A stretch of 64,000 nt of DNA from Cyanobacteria bacterium auto_48_18. GTDB taxonomy: Bacteria > Cyanobacteriota > Vampirovibrionia > Obscuribacterales > Obscuribacteraceae. Shown here piece by piece: positions 1 through 9,392 of the stretch; within the stretch, counting starts at the first letter, position 1, and every line of letters starts with the position of its first letter. The translations under genes were made by a program, and so were the position numbers. The stretch spans positions 1-64,000 of the forward strand of contig JAVHQC010000010.1 in the NCBI GenBank assembly GCA_036170915.1, in the 5' to 3' direction. Below the pieces are notes generated by a model. That model was given only the letters and a program-made list of their open reading frames with translations. It searched no databases and was not told where the DNA came from.

Positions 1-160
1 TCGCGCGATTTAAACTTGCCACTTCAAAAGACGCTGTTTTAAACGGCTGCTAACATGCAGAGCCGATGGTGAAAACCATTCGGTAAGGCACGGCGGCATC
101 CCAACGCAGGAGAACCGCTAAGTAACGCGGTAAAATGATTCTCGTAAAGGAGGCGCAGCC

Positions 161-541
161 ATGAGTTGGATTCTGCCAGGAGAATATGAAAGCGCCGAGC
201 GATTCGAGCGCGAGCTGGAGCGCGATAGAGATGCAGCGCGTAAGATCCTTATGGGTTCGGGCTTGGTAGAGAAAGTCGTTTTCACGGATTGCATGATTCC
301 ACTACAGATAGCAGCGATTCTTCTCACCGCAGAAATGTGCTATGGACGCAATTCACGAGTCGGGGGCAACGTTACGATGTGGGTTTTCGAGCAGGAGTGT
401 GAACTGTCGAAAGGCTGGCCACCAACGTTGTTTAAGGGAGAGAGAACGTCAGACGCCACGACATACTCAATATTGGCTCAAGAAATGATTCTTCTGATCA
501 ACCAATACCTGAAGAAGCAAAACGAGCACTCTCTCATCTGA
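161..541 (+). CDS. hypothetical protein (126 aa)
   Basis: ORF with strong SD (aaggagg) upstream of ATG; no recognisable motif. Confidence 0.6.
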   Translation: MSWILPGEYESAERFERELERDRDAARKILMGSGLVEKVVFTDCMIPLQIAAILLTAEMCYGRNSRVGGNVTMWVFEQECELSKGWPPTLFKGERTSDATTYSILAQEMILLINQYLKKQNEHSLI

Positions 542-1721
542 CCAGACGCAGGCGGGCTTCTTTGTTCGATCCCGCGGCAACATCTTCCAACTCTTCGGCA
601 AAAGCATCGACAAAGCCTGCTTCAGTATGGACTTCCAAGGAAAGGCGGGATATTTCTTCAGGACGATGATCGGTCGGAACTGATGTACCTAACTCTACAA
701 AACAAGCAAGATGCCTCGAATTGTTGTTGGGATAGAATCGCAGTTTGAGTGAGCCGATGCCTTCGCCTCCAGCTTCAAAGGACGCACTTCCATCAAATTG
801 CTTAGCGAACATTTTCAGAGTTTTTGCAAATTCAGCCAGCTGCGGACGTTGCGTATATGCGCGCGATTCAGCGGCCCAAGTACCCGCACGGACTGTGCAT
901 TCTACTTCGATCATATGGTCGTCTTCCCAGACAATCTTGACTGAAAGCGACTGTTCATAACTGTCAGCCAAATCATTCACGGGATTAAAAACAGGTTCGT
1001 ACCAGTAAGCATCTGGATTCTTGAACCAATGTTCGTTCTGCGGTTTGAGCTGCGTTTGCAATGCAACCATCGGCATACTGTATCGATGCAACAATCCGAT
1101 CAAATCGCGCAGCGCCGAATCTGATAGATATGGAACGCACAAATAGACCGTCAAATCAGTGAGATGCCCGCGCACTTCCTTTACACCTTCAATATCTTGC
1201 AGCCACTTGAAGAAGTGATCTTCGTCAAGCTGGCAAGAAAAATGTGTTGGCTCAGGTATCGTTAGCGTCGACGAGTGTTCGGGCTCTGTCCAAACCGTCT
1301 GCTCAGGCGGATTGAACCAAACAGTAATTCCAATGCCCATAGCGCCCAGCCGCGACAACATCTGAGATTCAACAAAAAAGTTATCCTCATACACGCGCAC
1401 GTCGAGATAGCCGCCCAGATTTTCGGCACTCAGCGCCTTCAGTTGCGCATGCACTTTTTCCAAATGGGCAACCCAATGCGGCAGTTGTGTTTCTACTTGG
1501 TAAGCCTTATCCAAACACAGCTCCCAAAACAAGACGGCTCGTTCTTGCTTGGCTTCTGCGGCAAATAGAACATCTTCCCGCGACGGCTGCACGCCGAGAA
1601 TATCAGCAATCTGAGCAGGGTCAATCCGCTGATTCGAAAATGCAAGCCTGATTGATGTGGATGTCACTAACTTTTTACCAACTCTACTTGGTGACGACTG
1701 ACCACATTGTACGACGCACAA
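534..1721 (-). CDS. multi-domain hypothetical protein: DUF4279-like N-terminus plus two small immunity-like domains (true start probably ~1667-1685)
   Basis: N-terminal IDPAQIADILGVQPS motif typical of DUF4279; two further compact domains that resemble stand-alone immunity-type proteins. Confidence 0.6.
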   Translation of the reverse strand: MCVVQCGQSSPSRVGKKLVTSTSIRLAFSNQRIDPAQIADILGVQPSREDVLFAAEAKQERAVLFWELCLDKAYQVETQLPHWVAHLEKVHAQLKALSAENLGGYLDVRVYEDNFFVESQMLSRLGAMGIGITVWFNPPEQTVWTEPEHSSTLTIPEPTHFSCQLDEDHFFKWLQDIEGVKEVRGHLTDLTVYLCVPYLSDSALRDLIGLLHRYSMPMVALQTQLKPQNEHWFKNPDAYWYEPVFNPVNDLADSYEQSLSVKIVWEDDHMIEVECTVRAGTWAAESRAYTQRPQLAEFAKTLKMFAKQFDGSASFEAGGEGIGSLKLRFYPNNNSRHLACFVELGTSVPTDHRPEEISRLSLEVHTEAGFVDAFAEELEDVAAGSNKEARLRLVR

Positions 1722-1791
1722 ATTCGTGGGTTACTTTTTGCGGAGAACGAACTTCTCAGTCATAAAATGACCAGTTCTAATATACTAAATC

Positions 1792-1824
1792 AAAAAGCCC
1801 CGACCCAATACAGGCCGAGGCTTT
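1792..1824 (-). terminator. intrinsic terminator of ssrA
   Basis: Minus strand AAAGCCUCGGCC-loop-GGUCGGGGCUUUUU; the G-U pairs work only on the minus strand; lies ~30 nt after the tmRNA CCA end. Confidence 0.8.
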
Positions 1825-1855
1825 CAGGAGATTATCCAGGAACAATCAATAAAAA

Positions 1856-2241
1856 TGGTGGAGGCGGCGAGAATTGCACTCGCGTCCAAAATCATCGAGA
1901 AATAAGTATCTACAAGCTTAGTCTGCTATTTCCCCAGTTACCTTGCGGCCCGCTGAGATTGGCACAAACAGCCAACCGGGATCGCGATTATGTCTTAACT
2001 GAAACTAGCAATCGCTAACTTTGTTTCAGTGCAACCACCGTGTCTTACCCTAAAGCGACGGGTAGTCAAGTCGCTTTCGAGTCCTAGAAGCCTAAGTTAA
2101 GTTAGGCAACCGCAGCGAGGCTGCGGCTAGGGAATTTGATGACATTATTTGCATCTGTGTTTTGCTTACTTGTTAACGAAGGATCAAGCTCCCCGACCTG
2201 CAACTCATGACCCTATAACCCTGTCGAATCTGAACGCCCCC
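1856..2241 (-). ncRNA. ssrA: tmRNA (386 nt); tag reading frame 2152-2102 encodes ANNVIKFPSRSLAAVA*
   Basis: 5' GGGGGCGTTCAGATTCGACAGG and 3' GACGCGAGTGCAATTCTCGCCGCCTCCACCA form a tRNA-Ala-like acceptor with G3-U70; internal tag ORF starts GCA AAT AAT. Confidence 0.97.
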
Positions 2242-2405
2242 ATGGGTGAACAACGAACAAGAATGATCGTGAATAAATCTCAGATAGCTAATTTTCAGGG
2301 TGCAAGGCGGAAATTTGAATGTCCACTAAAACCATTATACACAGAGCGTTCCAAGTAGAAACTCAATCACCAATTTGATTAAGCATTAGCTGAACGGTAC
2401 CCCCG

Positions 2406-3341
2406 TTATGCCTTTTGCAGAACCAGGCCAACCCATTGGCCCACTGTTTCAGATTGAATAATGCGCAAGGGGTGACCCACCAGCGCCTTTTCCAGTAGCG
2501 GCAAGCGTTCAGCTAAAATTCCGGCACAGAGAACAACCGCTTCAGAGTTAAGCAATGCGCTGTAATCAGGCAGCAAAGCGACTATATCTTCGCAGGTCAA
2601 ATTTGACAGCAGTACATCAAAGCGACGCCCCTTAACTGTTTCAGTGCTGCCTTCAATAAGTTCGATTCGTCCGTCTACGCCATTGAGCTCAAAGTCGCGA
2701 CGAGCATAATCTACGGCAACTGGGTCGGTGTCTACGGCAACAATCTCACTTGACGGCTGCAGCATACAGGCGGCGATGGCTAAGATACCGCTGCCTGTGC
2801 CCACGTCTAATACTTTTCCTTTTGGTGGAAAAGATTCCATCGCTCGCAGACAAAATTGAGTAGTGGCATGCAAACCTGTGCCGAAAGCCATTCCAGGATC
2901 AATAAATATTTTCAATCGGCCAGCTGAAAGATCGGCATCAATAGGCGGAAGTTTGGGGTCAATTGCTTTATCTAGATCGTGATACCACGATGGGCAAATC
3001 AAAAACTTGGTGCCCACGCGAAACGGTTCGAAGCCTTCTTTCCACTTAGCCAACCAGTCTTCTTCAGGAACATCTTTGCGCTTGAGCGTCTTCAAACTTT
3101 CGCCCAAACCGTACTCTTCAAGCGAACTTTTGATTTTGTCCCAGGTTTCGTCAGCCAAATGGGGGCTATCAAAAGTAGCTTTGATTCTCACCAGTGAACC
3201 ATTGAGCATGTCAACTTCGCAACCCTGCGCACCACATTGCATGAGCAGCCATGAAGCTAAATCTTCTTGATCGCTGTGGGCTTCGATAACCACAGCCGCC
3301 CAAGATCTTGCAGCAGTCTCTAAAGGAGAATTTTCTTTCAT
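2406..3341 (-). CDS. prmA: ribosomal protein L11 methyltransferase
   Basis: EEDWLAKWK, IDPGMAFGTGLHATT and VLDVGTGSGILAI motifs. Confidence 0.93.
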   Translation of the reverse strand: MKENSPLETAARSWAAVVIEAHSDQEDLASWLLMQCGAQGCEVDMLNGSLVRIKATFDSPHLADETWDKIKSSLEEYGLGESLKTLKRKDVPEEDWLAKWKEGFEPFRVGTKFLICPSWYHDLDKAIDPKLPPIDADLSAGRLKIFIDPGMAFGTGLHATTQFCLRAMESFPPKGKVLDVGTGSGILAIAACMLQPSSEIVAVDTDPVAVDYARRDFELNGVDGRIELIEGSTETVKGRRFDVLLSNLTCEDIVALLPDYSALLNSEAVVLCAGILAERLPLLEKALVGHPLRIIQSETVGQWVGLVLQKA

Positions 3342-4213
3342 TGATTGACTGGCCTCTCACTAGTTTCAGTTTTTAGTTGTCCGGCTTTCCAGCGCAGGTA
3401 GTCGGCGTTGCGACCAGGAGGTGCTGTAACTTCATACTCACGAGTAGTTTCGTTTAAATTGGCATCGAGCGCGACGCGGCGATCAAAGACAAAGCACTCA
3501 CCATTAAAGTGAGTGTCGCCTACTTCTTCGAAATAACGCAAAATGCCACCATCTAATTGAAACACATTGGTTAAGCCAATTTCAGGCTCTTGCAAAAATA
3601 GTGCCGCCTTCTCACAACGAATGCCACCAGTGCAAAACGATACTATCGTTTTGTCTTGCCACTTTGCGCGGGCATCATCTACGGTGCCTCGAAACGCTTG
3701 CGGAAACTGACTAAATTTATCTATGCCATAGCTGACAGAGCCGTCAAACGTACCTATCTGCACTTCATAATCATTGCGGGTATCAAGTAAAACAATTTTA
3801 CGACCATTATCATCGTGACCTTGATCAAGCCATTTCTTTAAAGTCAACGGTTCTACCGCCGGCGCGCGACTATCAGTGTCGGCACCAAGTGGGTAGACCA
3901 GAGGATGCTTCATGGTGATAATTTCTTCTTTAATGCGTACCACTATGCGCCTGAAAGGCTGATGATCAGACAAGCTTTCTTTAACTGGAATATTGGTAAA
4001 ACAACCACCAAACAAATCGTCGGTGCGCAGATATGCGAGAAATTTATCAACCGGGCCGCGCTCACCGGCGACAAAGAGGTTGATACCTTCGTGAGCCAAT
4101 AAGATGTTACCCATCACCCCAATTTGTTCGCAATGCGCCTTGATGAGCGGCCGCCAGCGGGCCGGCTCAGCAACGCCCACGAACTTGTACGCGGCGATAT
4201 TAACAATTTCCAT
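3338..4213 (-). CDS. TrhO/YceA-family rhodanese-domain protein (tRNA U34 hydroxylase-like, short form)
   Basis: NIAAYKF, EGIN, LLDTRNDYE.IGTF, FCTGGIRCEKA, QLDGGILRYFE, CFVFDRR; ATGA overlap with prmA. Confidence 0.85.
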   Translation of the reverse strand: MEIVNIAAYKFVGVAEPARWRPLIKAHCEQIGVMGNILLAHEGINLFVAGERGPVDKFLAYLRTDDLFGGCFTNIPVKESLSDHQPFRRIVVRIKEEIITMKHPLVYPLGADTDSRAPAVEPLTLKKWLDQGHDDNGRKIVLLDTRNDYEVQIGTFDGSVSYGIDKFSQFPQAFRGTVDDARAKWQDKTIVSFCTGGIRCEKAALFLQEPEIGLTNVFQLDGGILRYFEEVGDTHFNGECFVFDRRVALDANLNETTREYEVTAPPGRNADYLRWKAGQLKTETSERPVNQ

Positions 4214-4351
4214 AGCCAACCATTATAGCGACCCAGACTCGCCAGCCTGTGCTCCTGAGGGAATAATCACGAGATTTTCACACGTGGGCGACTAAATTGG
4301 GGTCACTGAAGGCAAGCAAATGCCGTCACCCCCACAAACTGGCAGGAAAAA

Positions 4352-4657
4352 ATGAACGTTTCGATGCAATCCAACTATGTAGATGCCCTTGAATTGTGCC
4401 GTTTAGGTTGCAAGGCGATAAATATTGAAAAGTTTGACTCTGCCCGCCAATACTTCTTGCTGGCGGCTGAAATGGGGTCGGTTGAAGCAGCCGTGAGCCT
4501 TGAGCTGATGTACAACCAGGGTTTCTTTGCTACTCTCAATTTCGACGATTTTGATCCTCGGCCAGCGCAAGTTGATTTAGAAGTCACCCACCCGCTCATG
4601 GTGCGCGAAGAATTAAAATTTCTGCCCACAATTAAAACCAGCATGTATAAGCATTAG
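4352..4657 (+). CDS. small SEL1/TPR-like repeat protein
   Basis: ARQYFLLAAEMGSVEAAVSLELMY resembles one SEL1 repeat; SD-like aggaaaaa before ATG. Confidence 0.6.
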   Translation: MNVSMQSNYVDALELCRLGCKAINIEKFDSARQYFLLAAEMGSVEAAVSLELMYNQGFFATLNFDDFDPRPAQVDLEVTHPLMVREELKFLPTIKTSMYKH

Positions 4658-4717
4658 AAATTCATTCAGACAACAGGCGGCGGTAAATAGTAAACTGCGC
4701 AAGTATTACAGAAAGTT

Positions 4718-6220
4718 TTGCGCATGACTCCCGACAACGAAATTGATTTTCGAGTAATTCTCGAATCTATGCCAGGGCTGTTTCTTGCTCTGAACAGCTC
4801 GTTTGAAATAATGGCAGCCGGCGATGAGTGTCTTAAGGTGATGACTTCAGACAGCTCGCAAGTGATAGGGCGATCAATATTTGAAATTTACGAACAAAGT
4901 CAGTGCAATGAAACATTTGCCGATAGCTTGCGCATGTCTTTAAACCGCGTGCTCGAAACAGGTGAAAGCCACAGTTTGCAAGCTCCTTTCACGGCAACTT
5001 TTGGCCACGACGCTGCTCGAAAAGTGCGCCGCATTGACAACAGACCAGTGTTAAATGCCGATAAAAAAGTTTCTCATATCATCCACAGACTTGAACTCGA
5101 AGATACTCACGAACAAAACCAATCTTCACCAATTGACGAAGAAAAGCTAATGCGCGCCATTCTTGACCGTGCGTACAATAGTTTCATAGCCATTGACAGC
5201 GATGGCATTATCACTGATTGGAACCACCAGGCTGAGTTGACTTTCGGCTGGACAAGAGAAGAAATCATCGGGAAGTCACTGGCCGAGACGATTATTCCGC
5301 CAGAATATAGAGAAGCCCACAATCGTGGAATGGCGCATTACAAAGTTAGCGGCGAAGGCCCGGTGCTCAACCGACGCATAGAGATACAAAGTTTGCGCCG
5401 CGACGGCTCGACCTTTCCAATTGAGTTAGGAATCTTTCCGGTGCATCTCGGAAGCAAATATAGTTTTTGCGCATTCATCGCCGACATCAGCGAGCGCAAA
5501 GCCATGCTTAAGAAGCTCGAAGAGCAAAGTGAAGAATTGGTGCGGTCGAACAGCGAATTGCAACGCTTTGCCTATGTGGCTGCTCACGACTTGCGAGAGC
5601 CGCTGAGAACAATCGTCAGCTTTACTGGCTTGCTTGCTGCCGACAAAACCATTAACTTCAACGAAGAAGCTCAAGAAAACATGAGCTTTATAATTGAAGC
5701 CGGAAAGCGGATGCAACAACTAATTACCGATTTACTTACTTACTCGCGCGTTGAATCAGCGGCTAAAGCCTCTGTTTTGACTTCAAGCGAATCTATTTTT
5801 GATCAGACTGTCGCCGAAATGAAAGTCTCCATTGAAGAAGCAGGTGGCTCCATAACGCACGGTCCATTGCCGGAAGTAATGGCTGACCCATCTCAGTTGT
5901 CGCAACTGTTTTTAAATCTAGTTGGCAACGCCTTAAAGTTCAGGGGTGAAAAGCCACCGGTAATAACCGTCAGCGCAGTAAGGCAAGATGCAGACTGGCT
6001 ATTTTCGGTTAAAGATAATGGTATCGGCATCGACATGAAATTTGCTGAGCGGGTTTTTCAAATGTTTCAGAGGTTGCACGGTGTGGCGGAATATCCAGGC
6101 ACGGGCATTGGTCTAGCGCTCTGCAAGAAAATTGTAGAACGGCATGGCGGAACAATTACTTTTCAATCAGAACCTGGTGAGGGAACTGAATTTCTATTCA
6201 CGCTGCCGGTGATCAAATAG
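4718..6220 (+). CDS. cytoplasmic PAS-PAS sensor histidine kinase (Cph1/BphP-type kinase core)
   Basis: PAS (WNHQAELTFGW...IIPPEYRE), H-box AAHDLREPLR, N-box NLVGNALKF, G-boxes DNGIGI and GTGIGLALC. Confidence 0.9.
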   Translation: MRMTPDNEIDFRVILESMPGLFLALNSSFEIMAAGDECLKVMTSDSSQVIGRSIFEIYEQSQCNETFADSLRMSLNRVLETGESHSLQAPFTATFGHDAARKVRRIDNRPVLNADKKVSHIIHRLELEDTHEQNQSSPIDEEKLMRAILDRAYNSFIAIDSDGIITDWNHQAELTFGWTREEIIGKSLAETIIPPEYREAHNRGMAHYKVSGEGPVLNRRIEIQSLRRDGSTFPIELGIFPVHLGSKYSFCAFIADISERKAMLKKLEEQSEELVRSNSELQRFAYVAAHDLREPLRTIVSFTGLLAADKTINFNEEAQENMSFIIEAGKRMQQLITDLLTYSRVESAAKASVLTSSESIFDQTVAEMKVSIEEAGGSITHGPLPEVMADPSQLSQLFLNLVGNALKFRGEKPPVITVSAVRQDADWLFSVKDNGIGIDMKFAERVFQMFQRLHGVAEYPGTGIGLALCKKIVERHGGTITFQSEPGEGTEFLFTLPVIK

Positions 6221-6223
6221 TAT

Positions 6224-8323
6224 TTAGGTGCCTTTAGCAGGTGCCAATATCGACCATCTTTTAAGCAATCCATGTAAATCTTCATTCGAGATGGGCTTTG
6301 TCGCATATTCGTTCATTCCGGCTGCCAAACAGTCCTGTTTGCTTTGCCCGGGTGCTCCAGCACTGACGGCAACAATTGGCGTACTCCCAGCGCTTGTGGT
6401 CATGGCCCGGATCGTTTTTGTCGCTTCTATTCCTGACATTAACGGCATCTGGCAGTCCATGAGAATGAGTGAATACTGATTCTGCACCACCGCATCAACT
6501 GCTTCAAGCCCATTCGTGACAGCATCAGATGCGATACCAAGCTTATGCAACTGCAAAACAAGCAAAGTGCGCATAATCGGATTATCTTCCACGACCAGCA
6601 CTTTGTGCTCGACTGTCTTCTCGAGCGAATCTGCAACAGCATCAACATCGACACTACTGTGGGCAATTTGGCTGATACTGTCAAGCAAACTCCATTGCTT
6701 GACTGGGCGCGTAAGGTAAGCACAAAAGCCTGCCGACCAAGCCTGTTCACCCCTTATGCGCTGATCAATTTTTGTTAAAAACACTAGCTTTGTAGCCGAC
6801 AAAACCGGATCTTCTTCGATCATTTGCGCCAGTTCAAAACTATTAGGCGAGCTGGCATCCAGATCAATCACTGCCACTTCGTAATGTTCGCCCATGGCTT
6901 CAGCGTGAAGCAAAAGTTCCATTGCCTCAGCCGCTGTGGCGGCCTTACCGTTAGAAGACCAACCAGCAGCTTCGAGATAATTTTGCAGAATGTCACGCTC
7001 AACACTATTGTCATCAACGATAATTACTCGCACAGGTTTTTTGTAATCTGATAAGCGGCGGCTGTCGCCAGAGCGCGCACCACCATCGGTGCCTCGCTTT
7101 AGACGCAGCGAAAACCAAAAAGTAGAACCTTTTCCTTCAACCGATTCGCAACCGATTTGTCCACCCATTAAATCAACCAGGCCTCGGCAAATTGAAAGGC
7201 CCAGGCCGCTGCCGCCAAAATTTCCACCTGAGTGCCCTGGTGCCTGCACAAAGGGCTCAAATAGATTTTTGCGATCAATCTCTGAAACGCCTATGCCTGA
7301 GTCTGAGACAGAAAATCGCACAGTCACAATACCGCTGTCTTCTGCCTCTTTGGTGGCACGTAAAACTACGTTGCCTGCTGGGGTAAACTTGATCGCATTA
7401 TTAGTCAGGTTAGTGAGAATCTCACGCAACAAACCGGGATCACCAATTAACAAAGGCTGCAGCTTTGAGTCGACATAGGTAAGTAAAGAAATGCCTTTGC
7501 CAGCTGCGGCGGCGGCAAACAATTCAGCGGTATCTTCAACCAGAGATACGGGGCAAAATTCGATGTAGCTGAGCTCGACTTTTCCAGCTTCGACTTTGGA
7601 GAAATCGAGAATTTCACTTAAAAGTGATAGCTGAGAACGAGCAGAATCATCAATCAATCGAATCAGTCGCTTTACTTCTTCGGGATCTCGAGTGTCGCCG
7701 TCTAACATCAAGAGCTCTGTAATCGCCAGAACAGCGCTTATGGGTGAGCGAATGTCATGGCTCACTCGCGCCACAAATTTTGATTTAAAACTAGACGCCT
7801 GCAAGGCATGCTCGCAAGATAAAGCCAGAGACTTGCCCATTTTGTCGAGTTCTTGATTAGCGGTGGCCAGCTGTATTACACGGCGCTCGAGCGAATCATT
7901 GAGCCGCTTCATTTTCAAATCAGATTGGTGGCGCTCAACTGCATACTTAATTGAACGGCCGAGCAACCCAGGTAAAACCTGACCTTTCACAAGATAGTCT
8001 TGAGCGCCTACCTGCACGGCTTCGCTGCCTACGGCCTCATCTTCTAATCCAGTGAGTACGATTACAGGAATTTGCGGTGCATGACAGTGAATCTGATAAA
8101 AAGTTTCGATGCCTTGCGAATCTGGCAGCGAAAGATCAAGCAAAATCAGGTCGACCTTGACGTGCTCAATCTTTTCTATACCTGCCGAAAGTCGCCCGGC
8201 AGAATCAATATCGAATGGCCAATCTGCCAGCATCTTTTGCAGTAGACGCACATCGGCCGGATTGTCTTCTATAACCAGGATTTTTAGACGCTGAGAATCT
8301 GCCGGCTGCAAACCATCACCCAC
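6224..8323 (-). CDS. hybrid histidine kinase REC-HisKA-HATPase-REC-REC
   Basis: N-terminal ILVIEDN/LLDLSLPD receiver, SHDIRSP H-box, NLTNNAIKFT, GSGLGLSI, two C-terminal receivers (ILMDCQMP). Confidence 0.9.
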   Translation of the reverse strand: MGDGLQPADSQRLKILVIEDNPADVRLLQKMLADWPFDIDSAGRLSAGIEKIEHVKVDLILLDLSLPDSQGIETFYQIHCHAPQIPVIVLTGLEDEAVGSEAVQVGAQDYLVKGQVLPGLLGRSIKYAVERHQSDLKMKRLNDSLERRVIQLATANQELDKMGKSLALSCEHALQASSFKSKFVARVSHDIRSPISAVLAITELLMLDGDTRDPEEVKRLIRLIDDSARSQLSLLSEILDFSKVEAGKVELSYIEFCPVSLVEDTAELFAAAAAGKGISLLTYVDSKLQPLLIGDPGLLREILTNLTNNAIKFTPAGNVVLRATKEAEDSGIVTVRFSVSDSGIGVSEIDRKNLFEPFVQAPGHSGGNFGGSGLGLSICRGLVDLMGGQIGCESVEGKGSTFWFSLRLKRGTDGGARSGDSRRLSDYKKPVRVIIVDDNSVERDILQNYLEAAGWSSNGKAATAAEAMELLLHAEAMGEHYEVAVIDLDASSPNSFELAQMIEEDPVLSATKLVFLTKIDQRIRGEQAWSAGFCAYLTRPVKQWSLLDSISQIAHSSVDVDAVADSLEKTVEHKVLVVEDNPIMRTLLVLQLHKLGIASDAVTNGLEAVDAVVQNQYSLILMDCQMPLMSGIEATKTIRAMTTSAGSTPIVAVSAGAPGQSKQDCLAAGMNEYATKPISNEDLHGLLKRWSILAPAKGT

Positions 8324-8452
8324 ATAAACTATATCTCAGTTTTACCATACCACCTGTGCCAAGGGGCTGAGTATGGACAGGGCTATAAAGTTTTATGGGC
8401 TGTAGAGCTAGGCCTGTAGGCAGTCTTGTCTGGTGCACCAGGTGACGCCTAC

Positions 8453-8484
8453 AAGAAAACCTACCCTTTTGAGGTAGGTTTCTT
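8453..8484 (-). terminator. intrinsic terminator after tRNA-Leu
   Basis: AAGAAACCTACC-loop-GGTAGGTTTTCTT immediately 3' of the tRNA. Confidence 0.75.
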
Positions 8485-8491
8485 AAAAAAC

Positions 8492-8574
8492 TGCCGAAGA
8501 TCGGACTTGAACCGATACACCCTTGCGGGCGGTTGATTTTGAGTCAACTGCGTCTGCCATTTCGCCACTTCGGC
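8492..8574 (-). tRNA. tRNA-Leu(CAA), CCA not encoded
   Basis: GCCGAAG/CTTCGGC-A acceptor, TGGCGAAATGGCAGACGC D-arm, GTTGA-CTCAAAA-TCAAC anticodon arm, long variable arm CCCGCAAGGG, GGTTCAAGTCC T-arm. Confidence 0.96.
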
Positions 8575-8649
8575 TTGCGAGGCAGAAAACATTCTACACT
8601 ATTGTTTCGCCCTCAGTGCCCGCGCGCACCGGTTATAGAGGTACATTTC

Positions 8650-9360
8650 TTGGCATCGAAGCCGCTAACCTGCCTGCTGACGGGCTTTGATGCCTTCGGC
8701 GAACACTTGAGCAATCCTAGCCAAACTCTGGTAAATACTTTTCCTGACATGGTAAAAGTTCAGCCTGGTGGCCGTTTGCAGCCAGAAAAACTAATTCACA
8801 TTAGGAAACTTATTCTTCCTACAGCAGGTGTCGCCGGCTGGAAAAAACTACAAAAAAACCTCAATGATATGACAGAGAATGATGAAAAGCCAATTGTCAT
8901 TATGACCGGATTTGCCAGCAAACGTGAATATCTTAGCGTTGAGCGTTTTGCCTTGAACTGCAGAGACTATCGCATCGCCGACAATAGTGGCGCTCAGCCG
9001 TTAGACAAGCCAATAGACAAAAACGCTGCCGATTTGCTACGCACAAAAATCGACCTGTTAGCCATGAACAAAACTCTAAAGGCCGCAGGATATGCGTGCG
9101 AAATTTCCAATCATGCGGGCACTTTCGTATGCAATGAGCTATATTTTCGCGCTTTGAATTATGCTGCCATTAACAATGAGCTCAAAGCAGTAGTTTTTAT
9201 TCACCTGCCTGAGCCTGCCGCCTTTGTAGAATCACTGAAAAAATCAAGAAAAAAAAGCCTGTCTGCTCAGGCGAAAAAGGCCACTACTGCCGCAAAGCAA
9301 ATGGTACTGTTAACAGATGCTGTTGTAGCAGTGATGTCCTGGATAGCCGGCAAAAAGTGA
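8650..9360 (+). CDS. pcp: pyroglutamyl-peptidase I (peptidase C15)
   Basis: LLTGFDAFG..SNPS, VERFALN (Glu), SNHAGTFVCN (Cys), FIHLP (His); start moved to TTG 8650 (GAGG upstream) because 8533 lies inside the tRNA. Confidence 0.85.
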   Translation: MASKPLTCLLTGFDAFGEHLSNPSQTLVNTFPDMVKVQPGGRLQPEKLIHIRKLILPTAGVAGWKKLQKNLNDMTENDEKPIVIMTGFASKREYLSVERFALNCRDYRIADNSGAQPLDKPIDKNAADLLRTKIDLLAMNKTLKAAGYACEISNHAGTFVCNELYFRALNYAAINNELKAVVFIHLPEPAAFVESLKKSRKKSLSAQAKKATTAAKQMVLLTDAVVAVMSWIAGKK

Positions 9361-9392
9361 TGCAACTCTATTTTCAATCTCCAAAGGAGCCT

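Noticed and set aside
45..145. GAAA-tetraloop hairpin (GCCGATGGT-GAAA-ACCATTCGGT), considered as an integron attC site or c-di-GMP riboswitch
   Set aside because: No GTTRRRY end matches the CTAAC, and riboswitch consensus elements are missing; left as an unassigned hairpin.
1707..2358. ORFs 1707-2018 and 2149-2358 (+)
   Set aside because: They are antisense to the tmRNA gene and its terminator; spurious.
8340..8453. GGGGCTGAG plus hairpins considered as a TPP riboswitch
   Set aside because: It lacks the CCC/GAACCTG..GCG.AGGGA half of the TPP consensus.
8533..8649. N-terminal extension of the pcp ORF
   Set aside because: It overlaps tRNA-Leu on the opposite strand; a TTG with SD at 8650 fits the family start.
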